DNA of 64,000 bases from Thainema sp. (GTDB taxonomy: Bacteria; Cyanobacteriota; Cyanobacteriia; Phormidesmidales; Phormidesmidaceae): positions 128,001-192,000 of the forward strand of contig JBQLZK010000003.1 in the NCBI GenBank assembly GCA_052168235.1, in the 5' to 3' direction. The number at the start of each line of letters is the position of its first letter. The first letter of the stretch is position 1. A model generated the notes under the pieces. It was not told where the DNA came from. It searched no databases and saw nothing but the letters and a program-made list of their open reading frames with translations. Of this stretch, positions 40,746 through 51,245 are shown one piece after another. The translations under genes and the position numbers were made by a program.

Positions 40746-41216
40746 ATGATTATTGATCCGCATCAGGTACCCGATTCGACAGGCACAGGTTATCCCGCAC
40801 CGTTTCGCGCTCAAGTGGCAGGTCGCAGTCGCAAGCGAGTTGGCAACGCAGCAGGGCTGACCAACTTTGGCGTTAACTTAGTCACGCTACCGTCAGGAAG
40901 CGCCTCTGCTCTGCGCCACTGGCACACTCGCCAAGACGAGTTTATCTACGTTGTTGAAGGCGAACTGACGCTGGTGATGGATGATGGCGAACAGGTTTTG
41001 CAACCGGGAATGATGGCCGGATTTGCCGCTGGAAAACCCAACGGTCACTGCTTGATTAATCGCAGCAGTCAACCCGCTGTTTATCTCGAAATTGGCGATC
41101 GCACATCCGGCGATCAGGCTCATTATCCTGGTGTTGATTTGCTGGCAACCGACACGCCAACCGGATACCGATTTACCCATGTTGATGGAACTGCCTACGC
41201 CAAGGATGAGTCATGA
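40746..41216 (+). CDS. Cupin domain protein
   Basis: GLTNFGVNL, SALRHWHTRQDEFIYV, GHCLIN, YLEIGDR. Confidence 0.9.
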   Translation: MIIDPHQVPDSTGTGYPAPFRAQVAGRSRKRVGNAAGLTNFGVNLVTLPSGSASALRHWHTRQDEFIYVVEGELTLVMDDGEQVLQPGMMAGFAAGKPNGHCLINRSSQPAVYLEIGDRTSGDQAHYPGVDLLATDTPTGYRFTHVDGTAYAKDES

Positions 41217-42205
41217 CAGCCGCCAATTCAACCACGTTATCGCTGCCAGATATCACCTACGCGGACATTATCGCAGCGGCGGAGCGGCTCAGTGGTGTGG
41301 CGAATCGAACCCCCGTGTTAACGTCGCGAACCTTGAATCGCCAAACGGGTGGCGAGATCTTTTTTAAGTGCGAGAACTTTCAGCGGATGGGCGCGTTTAA
41401 ATTTCGGGGCGCATACAACGCTTTGTCTCGCTTGGATAATAAACTGCGATCGCAAGGTGTCCTCACCCTCTCTTCCGGTAATCACGCTCAAGCTGTAGCC
41501 TTATCCGGTCAGCTTTTGGGGATTCAAACCACTATTTTGATGCCCACCGATGCACCTACGGTGAAGCGTGAGGCAACCGCTGGTTATGGTGCCGAAATTA
41601 TTCTCTACGACCGTGCTACAACTGATCGCGAACAGTTAGCTTACCAGGTTCTGGCTGAGCGCAACCTGGCGTTTATTCATCCCTACGATTACCCCCATGT
41701 GATTGCTGGACAGGGCACCGTTGCCCAAGAATTGCTGGAAGAAGTCGGTGAACTGGATCAACTACTTGTCTGCTGCGGTGGGGGTGGATTGTTATCAGGA
41801 TGTGCGATCGCAACTCGTACGCTATCACCTAACTGTCGAGTCATTGGCGTGGAACCTGCCGCCGCCGATGATGCCACTCGTTCGTTTCAAACCCGGACGC
41901 TGCAAACGGTGGACAATCCCGATACGATCTGTGATGGGGCACGGACGCCGCATTTGGGCAAGCTGACGTTTCCTTTGGTTTTGTACTATGTCAACGATAT
42001 GAAAACCGTGACCGATGCAGAGGTGATGCGTACGATGCGATATCTCTGGGAACGGCTCAAAATCGTGATTGAACCCACAGGCTGTCTCGCTGCCGCTGCG
42101 GTTTTGGCGCACAAAGTCCCTACAGATGGACAGCGCATCGGTGTGATCATCAGCGGCGGCAACGTTGACTTGCAGCAAGTGGGTCAGTGGTTCACTGCGC
42201 TTTAG
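41213..42205 (+). CDS. PLP-dependent serine/threonine dehydratase family (threo-3-hydroxyaspartate ammonia-lyase-like)
   Basis: KCENFQRMGAFKFRGA, SSGNHAQ, GGGGLLSG, SGGNVD; start overlaps the cupin stop. Confidence 0.9.
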   Translation: MTAANSTTLSLPDITYADIIAAAERLSGVANRTPVLTSRTLNRQTGGEIFFKCENFQRMGAFKFRGAYNALSRLDNKLRSQGVLTLSSGNHAQAVALSGQLLGIQTTILMPTDAPTVKREATAGYGAEIILYDRATTDREQLAYQVLAERNLAFIHPYDYPHVIAGQGTVAQELLEEVGELDQLLVCCGGGGLLSGCAIATRTLSPNCRVIGVEPAAADDATRSFQTRTLQTVDNPDTICDGARTPHLGKLTFPLVLYYVNDMKTVTDAEVMRTMRYLWERLKIVIEPTGCLAAAAVLAHKVPTDGQRIGVIISGGNVDLQQVGQWFTAL

Positions 42206-42289
42206 CGTCTAATTTATTGGGCCTAACAGCGTCAGCCTAAGTGATTTGCCGTTAGGAACGCGGATCTAATCAGGTGAATTTTGGGGGGG

Positions 42290-42318
42290 GTAGGGACACG
42301 GCGATGCCGTGTCCCCGC
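42290..42318. repeat. GTAG-type REP-like palindrome
   Basis: gtagggacacggcgatgccgtgtccccgc between convergent genes. Confidence 0.7.
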
Positions 42319-42354
42319 AGATGAAGCGGTTTATAAGCTATTTAATCCAAATTT

Positions 42355-42780
42355 TTAGAGAGAATTGCGGGATTCGATCGTGTTCGTGAGGCGAACGATG
42401 GCATTGGTTAATTCCTGCTCGACCGCCACTGGATCGGGGACAGGAATTTCAGCTTCGACCACTTCTTTCTTCCGCTTGAACTTTTCAAACGCTCGCACAA
42501 TTAGGAAGATGACAAAGGCAATAATCAAAAAATCGACAACGGTTCCGAAAAAGCTGCCGATGCGAATACCGGGGCCAATTGTGGCTTCGCGCCAGCTTGT
42601 TCCAGCCTGACTCAGAACCGGATTGATGATTCCTGGCATGATAATGTCCTCGACCAGAGACGTAATCACTTTGCCAAAGGCGGCACCGATGATGACGGCG
42701 ACCGCTAAATCAACAACGTTGCCCCGCGCGATAAACTCCCTAAAATCATGCAGAAAACCATTTCGACGTGGTGATGTCAT
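42355..42780 (-). CDS. mscL: Large-conductance mechanosensitive channel
   Basis: FREFIARGNVVDLAVAVIIGAAFGKV, FLIIAFVIF. Confidence 0.95.
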   Translation of the reverse strand: MTSPRRNGFLHDFREFIARGNVVDLAVAVIIGAAFGKVITSLVEDIIMPGIINPVLSQAGTSWREATIGPGIRIGSFFGTVVDFLIIAFVIFLIVRAFEKFKRKKEVVEAEIPVPDPVAVEQELTNAIVRLTNTIESRNSL

Positions 42781-42971
42781 ACCCACACCTCTATACCTGT
42801 TATAGATTTTTGATACAGATTAAGCTGAAATCGCGGCCAGAAGTCTTAAATCCGTCTGTAGTTTGTAGCTTGTCAACTGCAATGACTTAGTTCGGCGGAG
42901 GTCTGACGGAAGTTGGATAATCCGCTATCTTGAATGAATAGGCAAACCATTTTGAATAGTCGATCACCGAA

Positions 42972-43217
42972 TTGATGAGCCAATCTACACCAACAACCGA
43001 TCACTCAACGGATAACTCGCCAGCAGAAACCGCGATCGCAGATCAATCTCCGTCAACTTCGTCAACTGCATCTCCAACCAGCGAACCACCCCCTTCCTAC
43101 GTCAAGCTGGCCATGCGCAATATGGTAAAAAAGGGCAGTAAGTCGCTCTTTCACTTTGCGTTGACCAGTGTTGGCCTGTTGGCAGTACTGGTCGGCTTAG
43201 CTTATCTGACCCGGTAA
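42972..43217 (+). CDS. DUF3285 family protein
   Basis: PSYVKLAMRNMVKKG..LFHFALT..LAYLTR; usual neighbour upstream of ybeY. Confidence 0.85.
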   Translation: MMSQSTPTTDHSTDNSPAETAIADQSPSTSSTASPTSEPPPSYVKLAMRNMVKKGSKSLFHFALTSVGLLAVLVGLAYLTR

Positions 43218-43232
43218 TTCTGGTAACCCTTA

Positions 43233-43766
43233 ATGGCGATTGAAACTCCAAAACGTTCGGCTTTACCGGACGTAGATGTCACTGTCGAATATCGAAACGA
43301 GAATGATCCGGCTTCAGAAACTCCAGTAATTGCAATCGACAGTTGGCAGTCCTGGTTTCAAACCTGGCTGGCTCATTTAGACCTGGATTTGTCGCCGATT
43401 AACGCCTATGAGCTGAGCCTGTTGCTAACCGATGATGCTGAAATTCAGCAGCTCAATGCTCAGTTTCGCCACCAGGATAAGCCCACTGATGTGCTGTCGT
43501 TCGCGGCGTTAGAAACAGAAGGCGCAGTGCCAGAAGTACTGCGGCACGAAATTCCACTCAATCTCGGTGACATCATTATTTCCATCGATACCGCCCAGCG
43601 GCAGGCAGATGAACGAGGGCATTCACTGCGCTGGGAACTGGCTTGGTTGGCAACGCATGGACTGCTGCATCTGCTGGGCTGGGATCACCCCACTGAGGAG
43701 CGGTTGCAGGAAATGCTCGACCAGCAAGACGTTTTATTAGATGCGATCGCACTTGATGCAAATTAA
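43233..43766 (+). CDS. ybeY: rRNA maturation RNase YbeY
   Basis: DKPTDVLSF, LGDIIIS, HGLLHLLGWDH. Confidence 0.96.
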   Translation: MAIETPKRSALPDVDVTVEYRNENDPASETPVIAIDSWQSWFQTWLAHLDLDLSPINAYELSLLLTDDAEIQQLNAQFRHQDKPTDVLSFAALETEGAVPEVLRHEIPLNLGDIIISIDTAQRQADERGHSLRWELAWLATHGLLHLLGWDHPTEERLQEMLDQQDVLLDAIALDAN

Positions 43767-43794
43767 AAAGCACAAGATCTAGGTAAATCTAAGT

Positions 43795-44403
43795 TTACCA
43801 GAGCGCACGAACTGGAGCAGTGGTTTCAGTGGTTTCAACGGTTTCCGTTTCTGGCTGAGCCACGATGGGTTCTTCTTCCACTTCCGTTTCGGTCGTCACG
43901 GTTTCTTCGGTTGTCACGACTTCCTCTTCGACAACCGTTTCTTCCTCGACGACCTCTTCGTCAACAACGGTTTCGTCGTCAACCTCTACGATTTGCACAG
44001 ACTCACCACCAGGGCCAGTCACGGCTACAACCATGTCATCCATTAACACCATTTCGATGACAGTACCTTCTTCAATACCGGCTTGAATCTGAGATTCGCG
44101 AGGAATGTCGTAGAAAGAGGTCTCTCCGGTTTCGGAATCTCGAACTCGTACCTCGTTGCCAACGACATCAACAACGGTGCCGCTCACAACGGTTGTTTCT
44201 GCTGTTTCATCAACCTGACTAATCGTTTCGGCCTCAGCCGCTGGCATCGCTTCTTCGGTCATGGCGTCTTCAGGCATGACCTCTTCCGTCATCATGTCAG
44301 CTTCCGTTATCGTCGCATGATTATCAGCGGCTGCAGGCTGGGCCACGCTAATCCCGACAGAGAAAATAGCTGCGATCGCAAGGATTTCCTTTGTTAAAGA
44401 CAT
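43795..44403 (-). CDS. Secreted acidic (Glu/Thr/Val-rich) hypothetical protein ending PVRALW
   Basis: AAGGAG RBS before ATG 44403; signal peptide AQPAAA; small OB-like beta segment. Confidence 0.8.
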   Translation of the reverse strand: MSLTKEILAIAAIFSVGISVAQPAAADNHATITEADMMTEEVMPEDAMTEEAMPAAEAETISQVDETAETTVVSGTVVDVVGNEVRVRDSETGETSFYDIPRESQIQAGIEEGTVIEMVLMDDMVVAVTGPGGESVQIVEVDDETVVDEEVVEEETVVEEEVVTTEETVTTETEVEEEPIVAQPETETVETTETTAPVRALW

Positions 44404-44783
44404 TGTGTTCACTCCTTCAATAATTAGTGACAGCGTAGATGCTTGTACTAACTTTTTACTTTTAATCTTATTACTCAATGGCCAAAACGAATCATTTGAG
44501 TTAAAAATGGCTTGTTTTGGAGGAATAGTCTACTTTTTCAGGACTTACTTGGCGCACTTTTATTTGGCATACCCTACATTTTGCACCTTGTATGTGAGTT
44601 GTCCATTAGACTCAAGACATAGAAAATTTGGGAGCTATAGAACCCATTTTGTAGTTGATAATTCTGCAACTAAAGCCCGCTTTAACTTTGATCAAAGGTA
44701 CGTACAGCCCTTTTCATCAAAGCCAGTCCTAACGTACAACAAAAATCATTGCCGGAATACCACTACCCACCAAAATCTAAGGC

Positions 44784-44865
44784 AACGTCAGTTTGGGGTA
44801 AAAGCACTTTGGAGGTTCGCGCGACGCGCGAACCTCCAAAGTGCTGATTTTGCCGAAGTCACGTT
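44784..44865. mobile_element. Miniature palindromic element (AACGTCAGTT...AAGTCACGTT termini)
   Basis: Imperfect terminal inverted repeats around the perfect stem agcactttggaggttcgcgcg/cgcgcgaacctccaaagtgct. Confidence 0.7.
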
Positions 44866-44938
44866 AAAGCATAAGAACAGCGTGCGATCGCACGCTGTTC
44901 TTCTAGGTTTACTGCAAAGATAGGCTGAGATTGATCCG

Positions 44939-45679
44939 TTAACTGAGCTGATCAATTAGGACGCCCGCTTCCCGCTGGGTGGGGAGAACCTTGAGAATAT
45001 CCAGTTGGGCACAGTATTCGAGATCTTCTGTGTTGCCCAGCCGCAGCAGCCGCTGTCCGTGACTGGCAATTTTTAGTAAATCCAGCAGCCGATGCTGCCA
45101 CTGTTGATAGAGGCTCACCGCTGCCACAACTTCGTCATTGCCCGCCAGATCGACAAAACTTTGACCCGTCGCCTGCATAACCGCATCTGCGATCGCACCT
45201 GCACAAACCGTATCTTCAAGGGAATAGCTACCTTCCCAACCGGAACCTACCATCCAAACCGTTTCCGGCTGCTGGCGCAGCAAGTAATCCACAACGGTCT
45301 GACGGTTGATCAGGGCTGCGGTCAGCACCGTTTTAGACGGCTGAACACGCTCCAGGCAGCGAGTGCCGTTAGTGGTGCTCATAAACAGGCGCTTGCCGCC
45401 CGTTGTCTGCTCAGTATGATCGAGCGGCGAGTTGCCCAAGTCGCAACCGTCTACCATTTTTCCACCCCGTTCACCCGCCCGGATGCGCTTATCGGCAGCC
45501 CACGCCTCACTAGTTTGCATCAGTTGGTCAATATCGCTGAAGGCTTGAATCGCCTCCGCTCCTACCGATAGTGCTTTGGCGATAGTGGTCGTCGCGCGCA
45601 GGACATCAATTGCGATCGCGCATTCAGGCTGAGCATCAACAGGTGTTGCTTCGGGGGTATGGTAAACAAAAAATTTCAC
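44939..45679 (-). CDS. comB: 2-phosphosulfolactate phosphatase family protein
   Basis: [36 protein letters not shown]. Confidence 0.9.
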   Translation of the reverse strand: MKFFVYHTPEATPVDAQPECAIAIDVLRATTTIAKALSVGAEAIQAFSDIDQLMQTSEAWAADKRIRAGERGGKMVDGCDLGNSPLDHTEQTTGGKRLFMSTTNGTRCLERVQPSKTVLTAALINRQTVVDYLLRQQPETVWMVGSGWEGSYSLEDTVCAGAIADAVMQATGQSFVDLAGNDEVVAAVSLYQQWQHRLLDLLKIASHGQRLLRLGNTEDLEYCAQLDILKVLPTQREAGVLIDQLS

Positions 45680-45787
45680 GGATAGTTGCCAACAGGTACT
45701 TACAAATTTAAAGATCAACGCCCCCTATTCTACGGGTATACGGTACCGAAACAGAAGTGAGATTTCACGTAGCAAGCCATAAACAAT

Positions 45788-46363
45788 TCAACTAACCGTC
45801 CCAATTTCCATGACGCTCTCATCATTGGGAACCGACCGAAATAGTGCTGGATGACCTGTTTTTAGCCCCATGCGCAGCAACGAGTCATGGGATATAGGTG
45901 GGCAAATTTGGCCAAATGTCCATGACAAAACCTGCACCATTGCTGCAGACATCGACGCAGTGGCAAAGAGGGAAAATGGCCGAGGCCGAGCCGATGGCGC
46001 ATGTGCAGGCGGCAGACTAAGCACCTGTTCGAGATTTAAATTGGCTGTTACCTGTTTAACCGCTTCAGCAAGAAGAGGAACCTGTACCTGACTGGTCAAA
46101 ATCAATTCTTGCTCAACATATTCAGACTGAACTTGCACATTCACGTTAGATGCAGTTGGTTGAAAATCAGCCGCAGCAGTCTGAGTAGCGCTGTAGGCTT
46201 GAGCTGCATGATCAACTTTTGTAGCGTCAGTATTCGACGCTGGAATGTGTGAAGCATCAATAACGACTGGTTCAATATAAATCGGAATTCTCAATTTAAT
46301 TGGAATAGTGATTTCGTATTGATAAGGTCTGGAATAGCGCATAGGGTGATGCCTTAAATACAT
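45788..46363 (-). CDS. Hypothetical protein with N-terminal EITIPIKLRIPIYIEPVVID motif; start uncertain
   Basis: Shares a 20-aa motif with the upstream small ORF. Confidence 0.55.
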   Translation of the reverse strand: MYLRHHPMRYSRPYQYEITIPIKLRIPIYIEPVVIDASHIPASNTDATKVDHAAQAYSATQTAAADFQPTASNVNVQVQSEYVEQELILTSQVQVPLLAEAVKQVTANLNLEQVLSLPPAHAPSARPRPFSLFATASMSAAMVQVLSWTFGQICPPISHDSLLRMGLKTGHPALFRSVPNDESVMEIGTVS

Positions 46364-46671
46364 GAATTTAGACGTCAAGAAATCGCACCGTTCAATTTAA
46401 AAACGTTGCCAACTATAGCCGTCGCCACCTTGATCGAAACATCTATCAAATCTAATACCAAATCCAATATTTAAACGATATTGAAACGTTTGAACAGTTT
46501 CAGAGTGTCCCAACATCCTAGCCAATGGGACTACTGCTATAAAACGCCATAAACGTAAGCGTGTGAATATCCAAATAATGCCCATGAGATATCCATACAG
46601 CAGATATCCCATGAGCACTAAACAGGTTTGATCCACAGCTTCAACATCAGCTCGACAAGCCATCTAGCTAT

Positions 46672-46851
46672 TTAGTAGCCATTTCTCTCAACGCACTTGG
46701 GTTCTTTTTCAATCACAATCGGAGCCACATAAACTGGCACCTTCATGATGATTGGAACGCAGACTTCACAAGCCCGTTTGTAGTACTTGTCGTAAGCATC
46801 GTAGCTATATTCTTCAGTTTTATAGTCAGAGTTATGAGTTTCAGTCGTCAT
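46672..46851 (-). CDS. Small Tyr/Cys/Val-Pro-rich hypothetical protein (59 aa)
   Basis: AGGTG RBS before ATG 46851; motif EVCVPIIMKVPVYVAPIVIE. Confidence 0.7.
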   Translation of the reverse strand: MTTETHNSDYKTEEYSYDAYDKYYKRACEVCVPIIMKVPVYVAPIVIEKEPKCVERNGY

Positions 46852-46932
46852 AGCAATCACCTAGAACATCGATGTTTCTATCTTGTTCTAGACAATCATC
46901 TGTCAACATGACCTACGCGGGGTATATCTCGT

Positions 46933-46993
46933 TAAAAAAGAATCAGGCTTTTTGCTATCGCTTAGCGGTAACAAAAAGCCTGATTCTTTTTTA
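46933..46993 (-). terminator. Long hairpin/terminator after gatB
   Basis: taaaaaagaatcaggctttttg...caaaaagcctgattctttttta. Confidence 0.8.
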
Positions 46994-47008
46994 TGAAATG
47001 CAAAATAT

Positions 47009-48517
47009 CTAAGCGTTTAGCTTTTTCGCCAGCATTTCGTTCGTGAGTTTCGGATCAGCTCGTCCGCTGGTGCGCTTCATGATTTGACCAACAAAAAAGC
47101 CGAGCAGCTTCGTTTTACCAGCGCGATACTGTTCAACCTTATCGGCATTTTCAGCCAGCACTGCATCAATCTCAGCTTCCAGTGCGCCCGTATCCGAAAT
47201 CTGGGTGAGACCTTTTTTCTCAACCAGCTCTTTCGCAGAACCACCTTTTTCCAATAGCTCTGGCAGAATATCTTTAGCAATTTTGTTGCTAATTGTACCC
47301 GCTTCAATCAGTTCAATCATTTCGGCCAGTACAAGTGGCGTTAGGGCCAATTCAGCAATGTCAATATTATTGGCATTGCGATAGGCTGCAATATCGCCCA
47401 TCACCCAGTTAGCCGCTAGCTTGGGATTTGCCTGAGCTGCGATCGCAGCTTCAAAGTACTCGGCCACAGTCCGATCATCGGTCAACACCCGTGCATCATA
47501 GGCAGATAGCCCCAGTTCTTCCTCATAGCGGTGCCGCTTTTGGGCGGGCAGTTCCGGTAGCTCAGCCTTCCATTCCTCAAGCTGTGCGGGCGATACCTCA
47601 ATTGGCGGCAGATCGGGTTCCGGGAAATAGCGGTAGTCGCTGGAGCCTTCTTTACTCCGCATACTAATTGTGCGCTGGCTGCCTTCTTCCCACAGACGAG
47701 TCTCTTGATAAAGTGGCTCACCGTCTTCAATCGCCTGAATTTGCCGCTCAATCTCGTAATCAATTGCTTTTTGAATGGCACTGAAGGAGTTCATATTTTT
47801 GATTTCCACCTTTGTGCCAAATTCCTTTTGACCGACCGGACGCACGGAGATATTGACATCGCAGCGCATGGAGCCTTCCTGCATGTTGCCGTCACTGACG
47901 CCGAGATAGCGGACAATCCGCCGCATTTCTTGCGCATACTCAGCCGCTTCCTGACCGGAGCGCATATCCGGTTCAGACACAATCTCCATCAGGGGCACAC
48001 CCGCACGGTTGAAATCAACCAGCGAATAGGTCGAACCCGATAAGCGATCGCTGCCCGCGTGAACCAGCTTACCTGCGTCTTCTTCCATGTGCAGACGGGT
48101 AATCCCAATTGTTTTGGTCAAGGCTTTGCCGTTTTCATCCAGCAGCGGCTTGCCCTTGTCATCGGTATGTTCAATTTCCAGATAGCCGTGTTCTGCGATC
48201 GGCAGATCGTACTGAGAAATTTGGTAGTTTTTGGGTAAATCAGGATAAAAATACTGCTTGCGATCGAACTTGCTGTAGGGCGCAATCTTGCAGTTCAACG
48301 CCAAACCCGTTTTCACGGCGTATTCCAGCACCTTCTGGTTCAGCACGGGCAGCACACCGGGCAACCCCAGACAAATGGGGTCAATATGCGTATTCGGCTC
48401 TGCTCCAAATTCGGTGGAGCTAGCAGAGAAAATTTTAGTCTCTGTACTCAGTTGAACGTGGGTCTCTAAACCGATTACAGCTTCGTACTGAGTCTTTGCA
48501 GGAGCAGCAGTTGTCAT
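47009..48517 (-). CDS. gatB: Asp/Glu-tRNA amidotransferase subunit B
   Basis: [47 protein letters not shown]. Confidence 0.98.
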   Translation of the reverse strand: MTTAAPAKTQYEAVIGLETHVQLSTETKIFSASSTEFGAEPNTHIDPICLGLPGVLPVLNQKVLEYAVKTGLALNCKIAPYSKFDRKQYFYPDLPKNYQISQYDLPIAEHGYLEIEHTDDKGKPLLDENGKALTKTIGITRLHMEEDAGKLVHAGSDRLSGSTYSLVDFNRAGVPLMEIVSEPDMRSGQEAAEYAQEMRRIVRYLGVSDGNMQEGSMRCDVNISVRPVGQKEFGTKVEIKNMNSFSAIQKAIDYEIERQIQAIEDGEPLYQETRLWEEGSQRTISMRSKEGSSDYRYFPEPDLPPIEVSPAQLEEWKAELPELPAQKRHRYEEELGLSAYDARVLTDDRTVAEYFEAAIAAQANPKLAANWVMGDIAAYRNANNIDIAELALTPLVLAEMIELIEAGTISNKIAKDILPELLEKGGSAKELVEKKGLTQISDTGALEAEIDAVLAENADKVEQYRAGKTKLLGFFVGQIMKRTSGRADPKLTNEMLAKKLNA

Positions 48518-48668
48518 GAGGCGTACCGAATGCGAACGATATCAATTAACGATAGAAGCTTTACAGGCTTTATTGTATCGAAATTCTATCGCCCAACGGT
48601 TGCGAATACCGAACGACTCATCCTCAAAAGAGTGAACCGCCACAACTGCGACTGTTCACGCCTTCAAA

Positions 48669-48764
48669 TCAATAGACTTTATCGGAAATTGTTTTGTAGG
48701 GCGGCGGAGCCGTCCTACAAAACAATTTCCAACCCCGAAAACTTTATTTCCAATAAAATCTAAT
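48669..48764. mobile_element. Miniature inverted-repeat element with a GTAG-REP core
   Basis: TIR caatagactttatcggaaat / atttccaataaaatctaat; core gtagggcggc-gga-gccgtcctac. Confidence 0.72.
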
Positions 48765-48766
48765 AT

Positions 48767-50917
48767 CTAACGATGCTCTTGCCAGAAGAGGCCAGCCGCT
48801 TCAGCCTTGAGCGGTTTTGAAAAATAGTAACCCTGAGCCGATTCACAGCGAAGCGCTTTTAGTTGAGCTAACTGCATGGCGGTTTCCACACCTTCGGCAA
48901 TCACGTCCATACCCAAATTCCAAGCCAGAGAGACAATAGTTCTCACCAGCTCCAGCTTTTCACCGTCTACATCAATGCTGTTGACAAACGAGCGGTCAAT
49001 CTTGAGCGTATCAATCGGCAAGCGATACAGGTAGCTGAGGGACGAATAGCCCGTGCCAAAGTCATCAATGGAAACCTGAATACCTTCTTCCTTGAGTCGA
49101 TTCAGCATTTTGGCAGTTGTCTCCGGATTACTCATAATCACGCTTTCGGTGATTTCCAGCTTCAGATAGCGGGCTTCAAGCTGCGTCTCTTTCAGAATGG
49201 TGACAATTTGTTCAACTAAGTCCGGCTGAGTGAACTGACGGCTGGATAAATTGACGCTGATCACGACCTTAAAACGCGGATCGAGAACGGGATGCTGCAT
49301 CAACCATTGGTGCATCTGCTGGCAGGCTTGGCGGAGTACCCAGTAGCCAATTGGCACGATTAACCCCGTATCTTCGGCAATGGGAATAAAGTCGCCGGGT
49401 GACACAAAGCCTTGTTCAGGATGATGCCAGCGAATGAGAGCCTCAAATCCCGTGGCGCGTTCGGTGGCTAGAGCAATAAACGGCTGGTAGTAAACCTCAA
49501 ATTCCTCTCGCTCAATGGCGCGGCGCAGGTCATTTTCCAGCCGCAGCAGGGTCATGGCTCGCCGATGCATGCTGGTTTCAAACACTTCGTAGCGCGATCG
49601 GCCCAACTGCTTGGCCCGATTCATGGCGATATCGGCATTACGCAGCAAATCGTCCGGCTGTTCGTAAGTGCGATCGCTAAATACGATGCCGATACTAATG
49701 GTGACAATCACCTCGTGGCCTTCCAGTAGGCAGGGCTGCGAAAGCTGGGTCTGTAGCTGCTGTGCTAGCTCAGTCGCCTCCTGCTCAGACATTAAATTGT
49801 CTAGCAAGACTGCAAATTCATCACCACCTAAACGCGCCACGACGGTTCCGGGCTGCACCGTTTCGATGGTTCGCTGGGCAATCTTGATAATGAGCTGATC
49901 CGCAATCACTGGGCCAAGGCTGTCGTTGACCACTTTGAACCGATCGACATCAAAGATTAAGACGGCAAATGGCTGGGGGTTTGATTTAGCTTGGTTGGCT
50001 AAGTTGGTGATGCGATCGCGGAACCAAAGGCGATTGGGCAAACTCGTCAAATCATCATGCAGCGCATCATGCACCAACCGCTCCTGGAGCTCTTTTTGCT
50101 CGGTGATGTCCGTCTGTAAGCCCACGACTCGATGAACGGTGCCGTCTCCATCGCGAAACGCCAAGCCACGGCTGAGCATCCAGCGATAAGACCCTTCGGC
50201 CAAAATGCGATACTGACAGCGAAAGTAGGGAATTTGTCCGTGCAAATGCTGTTCCAGTGCGGCCTTCAATGCCGCTCGATCATCGATATGCACATGATCG
50301 AGCCAATCCTCAACCGCAACCCAGACTGGATCATGTTGCTCTCCGAGCATGGTGCGCCAGTAGGCCGAAAAGGCAATTTTTTGAGAGTCCAAGTGCCAAT
50401 CCCACAGGCCATCATACGCCCCTAGCGCTTCTAGAATGTGGGCTTCAGTTTGGTCACTGGGCAGAATCGGATAGGACTGGGTCGAAGCTTCCGTCTGCTG
50501 AGTGTTATTAGTGCGGGCGTTCATTCTTGATTGGCAAACCAAAACCAGACTTGTGGAACCGTCCTGCTTGTGTTCTAGGGCTTTCTCTAGCGTGCTGCTG
50601 TTCTCCGATGTATAAAAGTCCCAGCTCAGGTGAAGCGGTTGAGGACTGTTACCGTCCCAGTAGATATATTGGCCTGTTCCACTTGTTTTTTCGACTAGCG
50701 CGAGTTCAATCGGATGCTTTTCCATCTGATTTGCGCCATCCAAAGCTTGTAACGGAAACAGGGGCACAAAGGGCTGCTGGAGTAACTGACCCTGTTCCCG
50801 ATGCACGAGGCGGGCAAAACCCAAGTTGCACCATTGAATAGCCCCCTCAACATCGAGCATGACGACCGCATCGGTCACTGTATTCAGCACAAATTCCATC
50901 CAGGTGAAAGGTGTCAT
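48767..50917 (-). CDS. PAS-PAS-GGDEF-EAL diguanylate cyclase/phosphodiesterase
   Basis: HDDLTSLPNR, ARLGGDEF, GFEALIRW, DDFGTGYSSL, AEGVE. Confidence 0.95.
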   Translation of the reverse strand: MTPFTWMEFVLNTVTDAVVMLDVEGAIQWCNLGFARLVHREQGQLLQQPFVPLFPLQALDGANQMEKHPIELALVEKTSGTGQYIYWDGNSPQPLHLSWDFYTSENSSTLEKALEHKQDGSTSLVLVCQSRMNARTNNTQQTEASTQSYPILPSDQTEAHILEALGAYDGLWDWHLDSQKIAFSAYWRTMLGEQHDPVWVAVEDWLDHVHIDDRAALKAALEQHLHGQIPYFRCQYRILAEGSYRWMLSRGLAFRDGDGTVHRVVGLQTDITEQKELQERLVHDALHDDLTSLPNRLWFRDRITNLANQAKSNPQPFAVLIFDVDRFKVVNDSLGPVIADQLIIKIAQRTIETVQPGTVVARLGGDEFAVLLDNLMSEQEATELAQQLQTQLSQPCLLEGHEVIVTISIGIVFSDRTYEQPDDLLRNADIAMNRAKQLGRSRYEVFETSMHRRAMTLLRLENDLRRAIEREEFEVYYQPFIALATERATGFEALIRWHHPEQGFVSPGDFIPIAEDTGLIVPIGYWVLRQACQQMHQWLMQHPVLDPRFKVVISVNLSSRQFTQPDLVEQIVTILKETQLEARYLKLEITESVIMSNPETTAKMLNRLKEEGIQVSIDDFGTGYSSLSYLYRLPIDTLKIDRSFVNSIDVDGEKLELVRTIVSLAWNLGMDVIAEGVETAMQLAQLKALRCESAQGYYFSKPLKAEAAGLFWQEHR

Positions 50918-51245
50918 TCGTCAAAGGAGGCTAACTAAAACTGAGTGAGACCAGAGATAACCGGAAACGGTTTCCAGTCATGGAGGAATCACTGAGCGCG
51001 ATTTTGAGATCGCATCAACGTTCTCGCCCGTTGGCGAGCTCATTGACTGGTTAAAGCGTAGTCCAAGTTATTCTGCTTGAGTTTAGAATGCCCTGAAAAC
51101 TATCGGAAAATCTCAGAAAGCCAAGATTTAGCAGATTACACGGAGGGATTCGAGAATTGTTGAACTTGCTTCCGACCCGGCAGGATGGGTTAATGAGTAT
51201 GAATTCGATTCCAATAATTCTGTAACCTCAGCAACCTCAGCCAAT

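Noticed and set aside
44405..44923. 172-aa + strand ORF
   Set aside because: AT-rich intergenic and promoter sequence crossing a palindromic element; no protein-like features.
46397..46663. 88-aa ORF between the two motif-sharing genes
   Set aside because: No motif or clear RBS; may be spurious although co-oriented.
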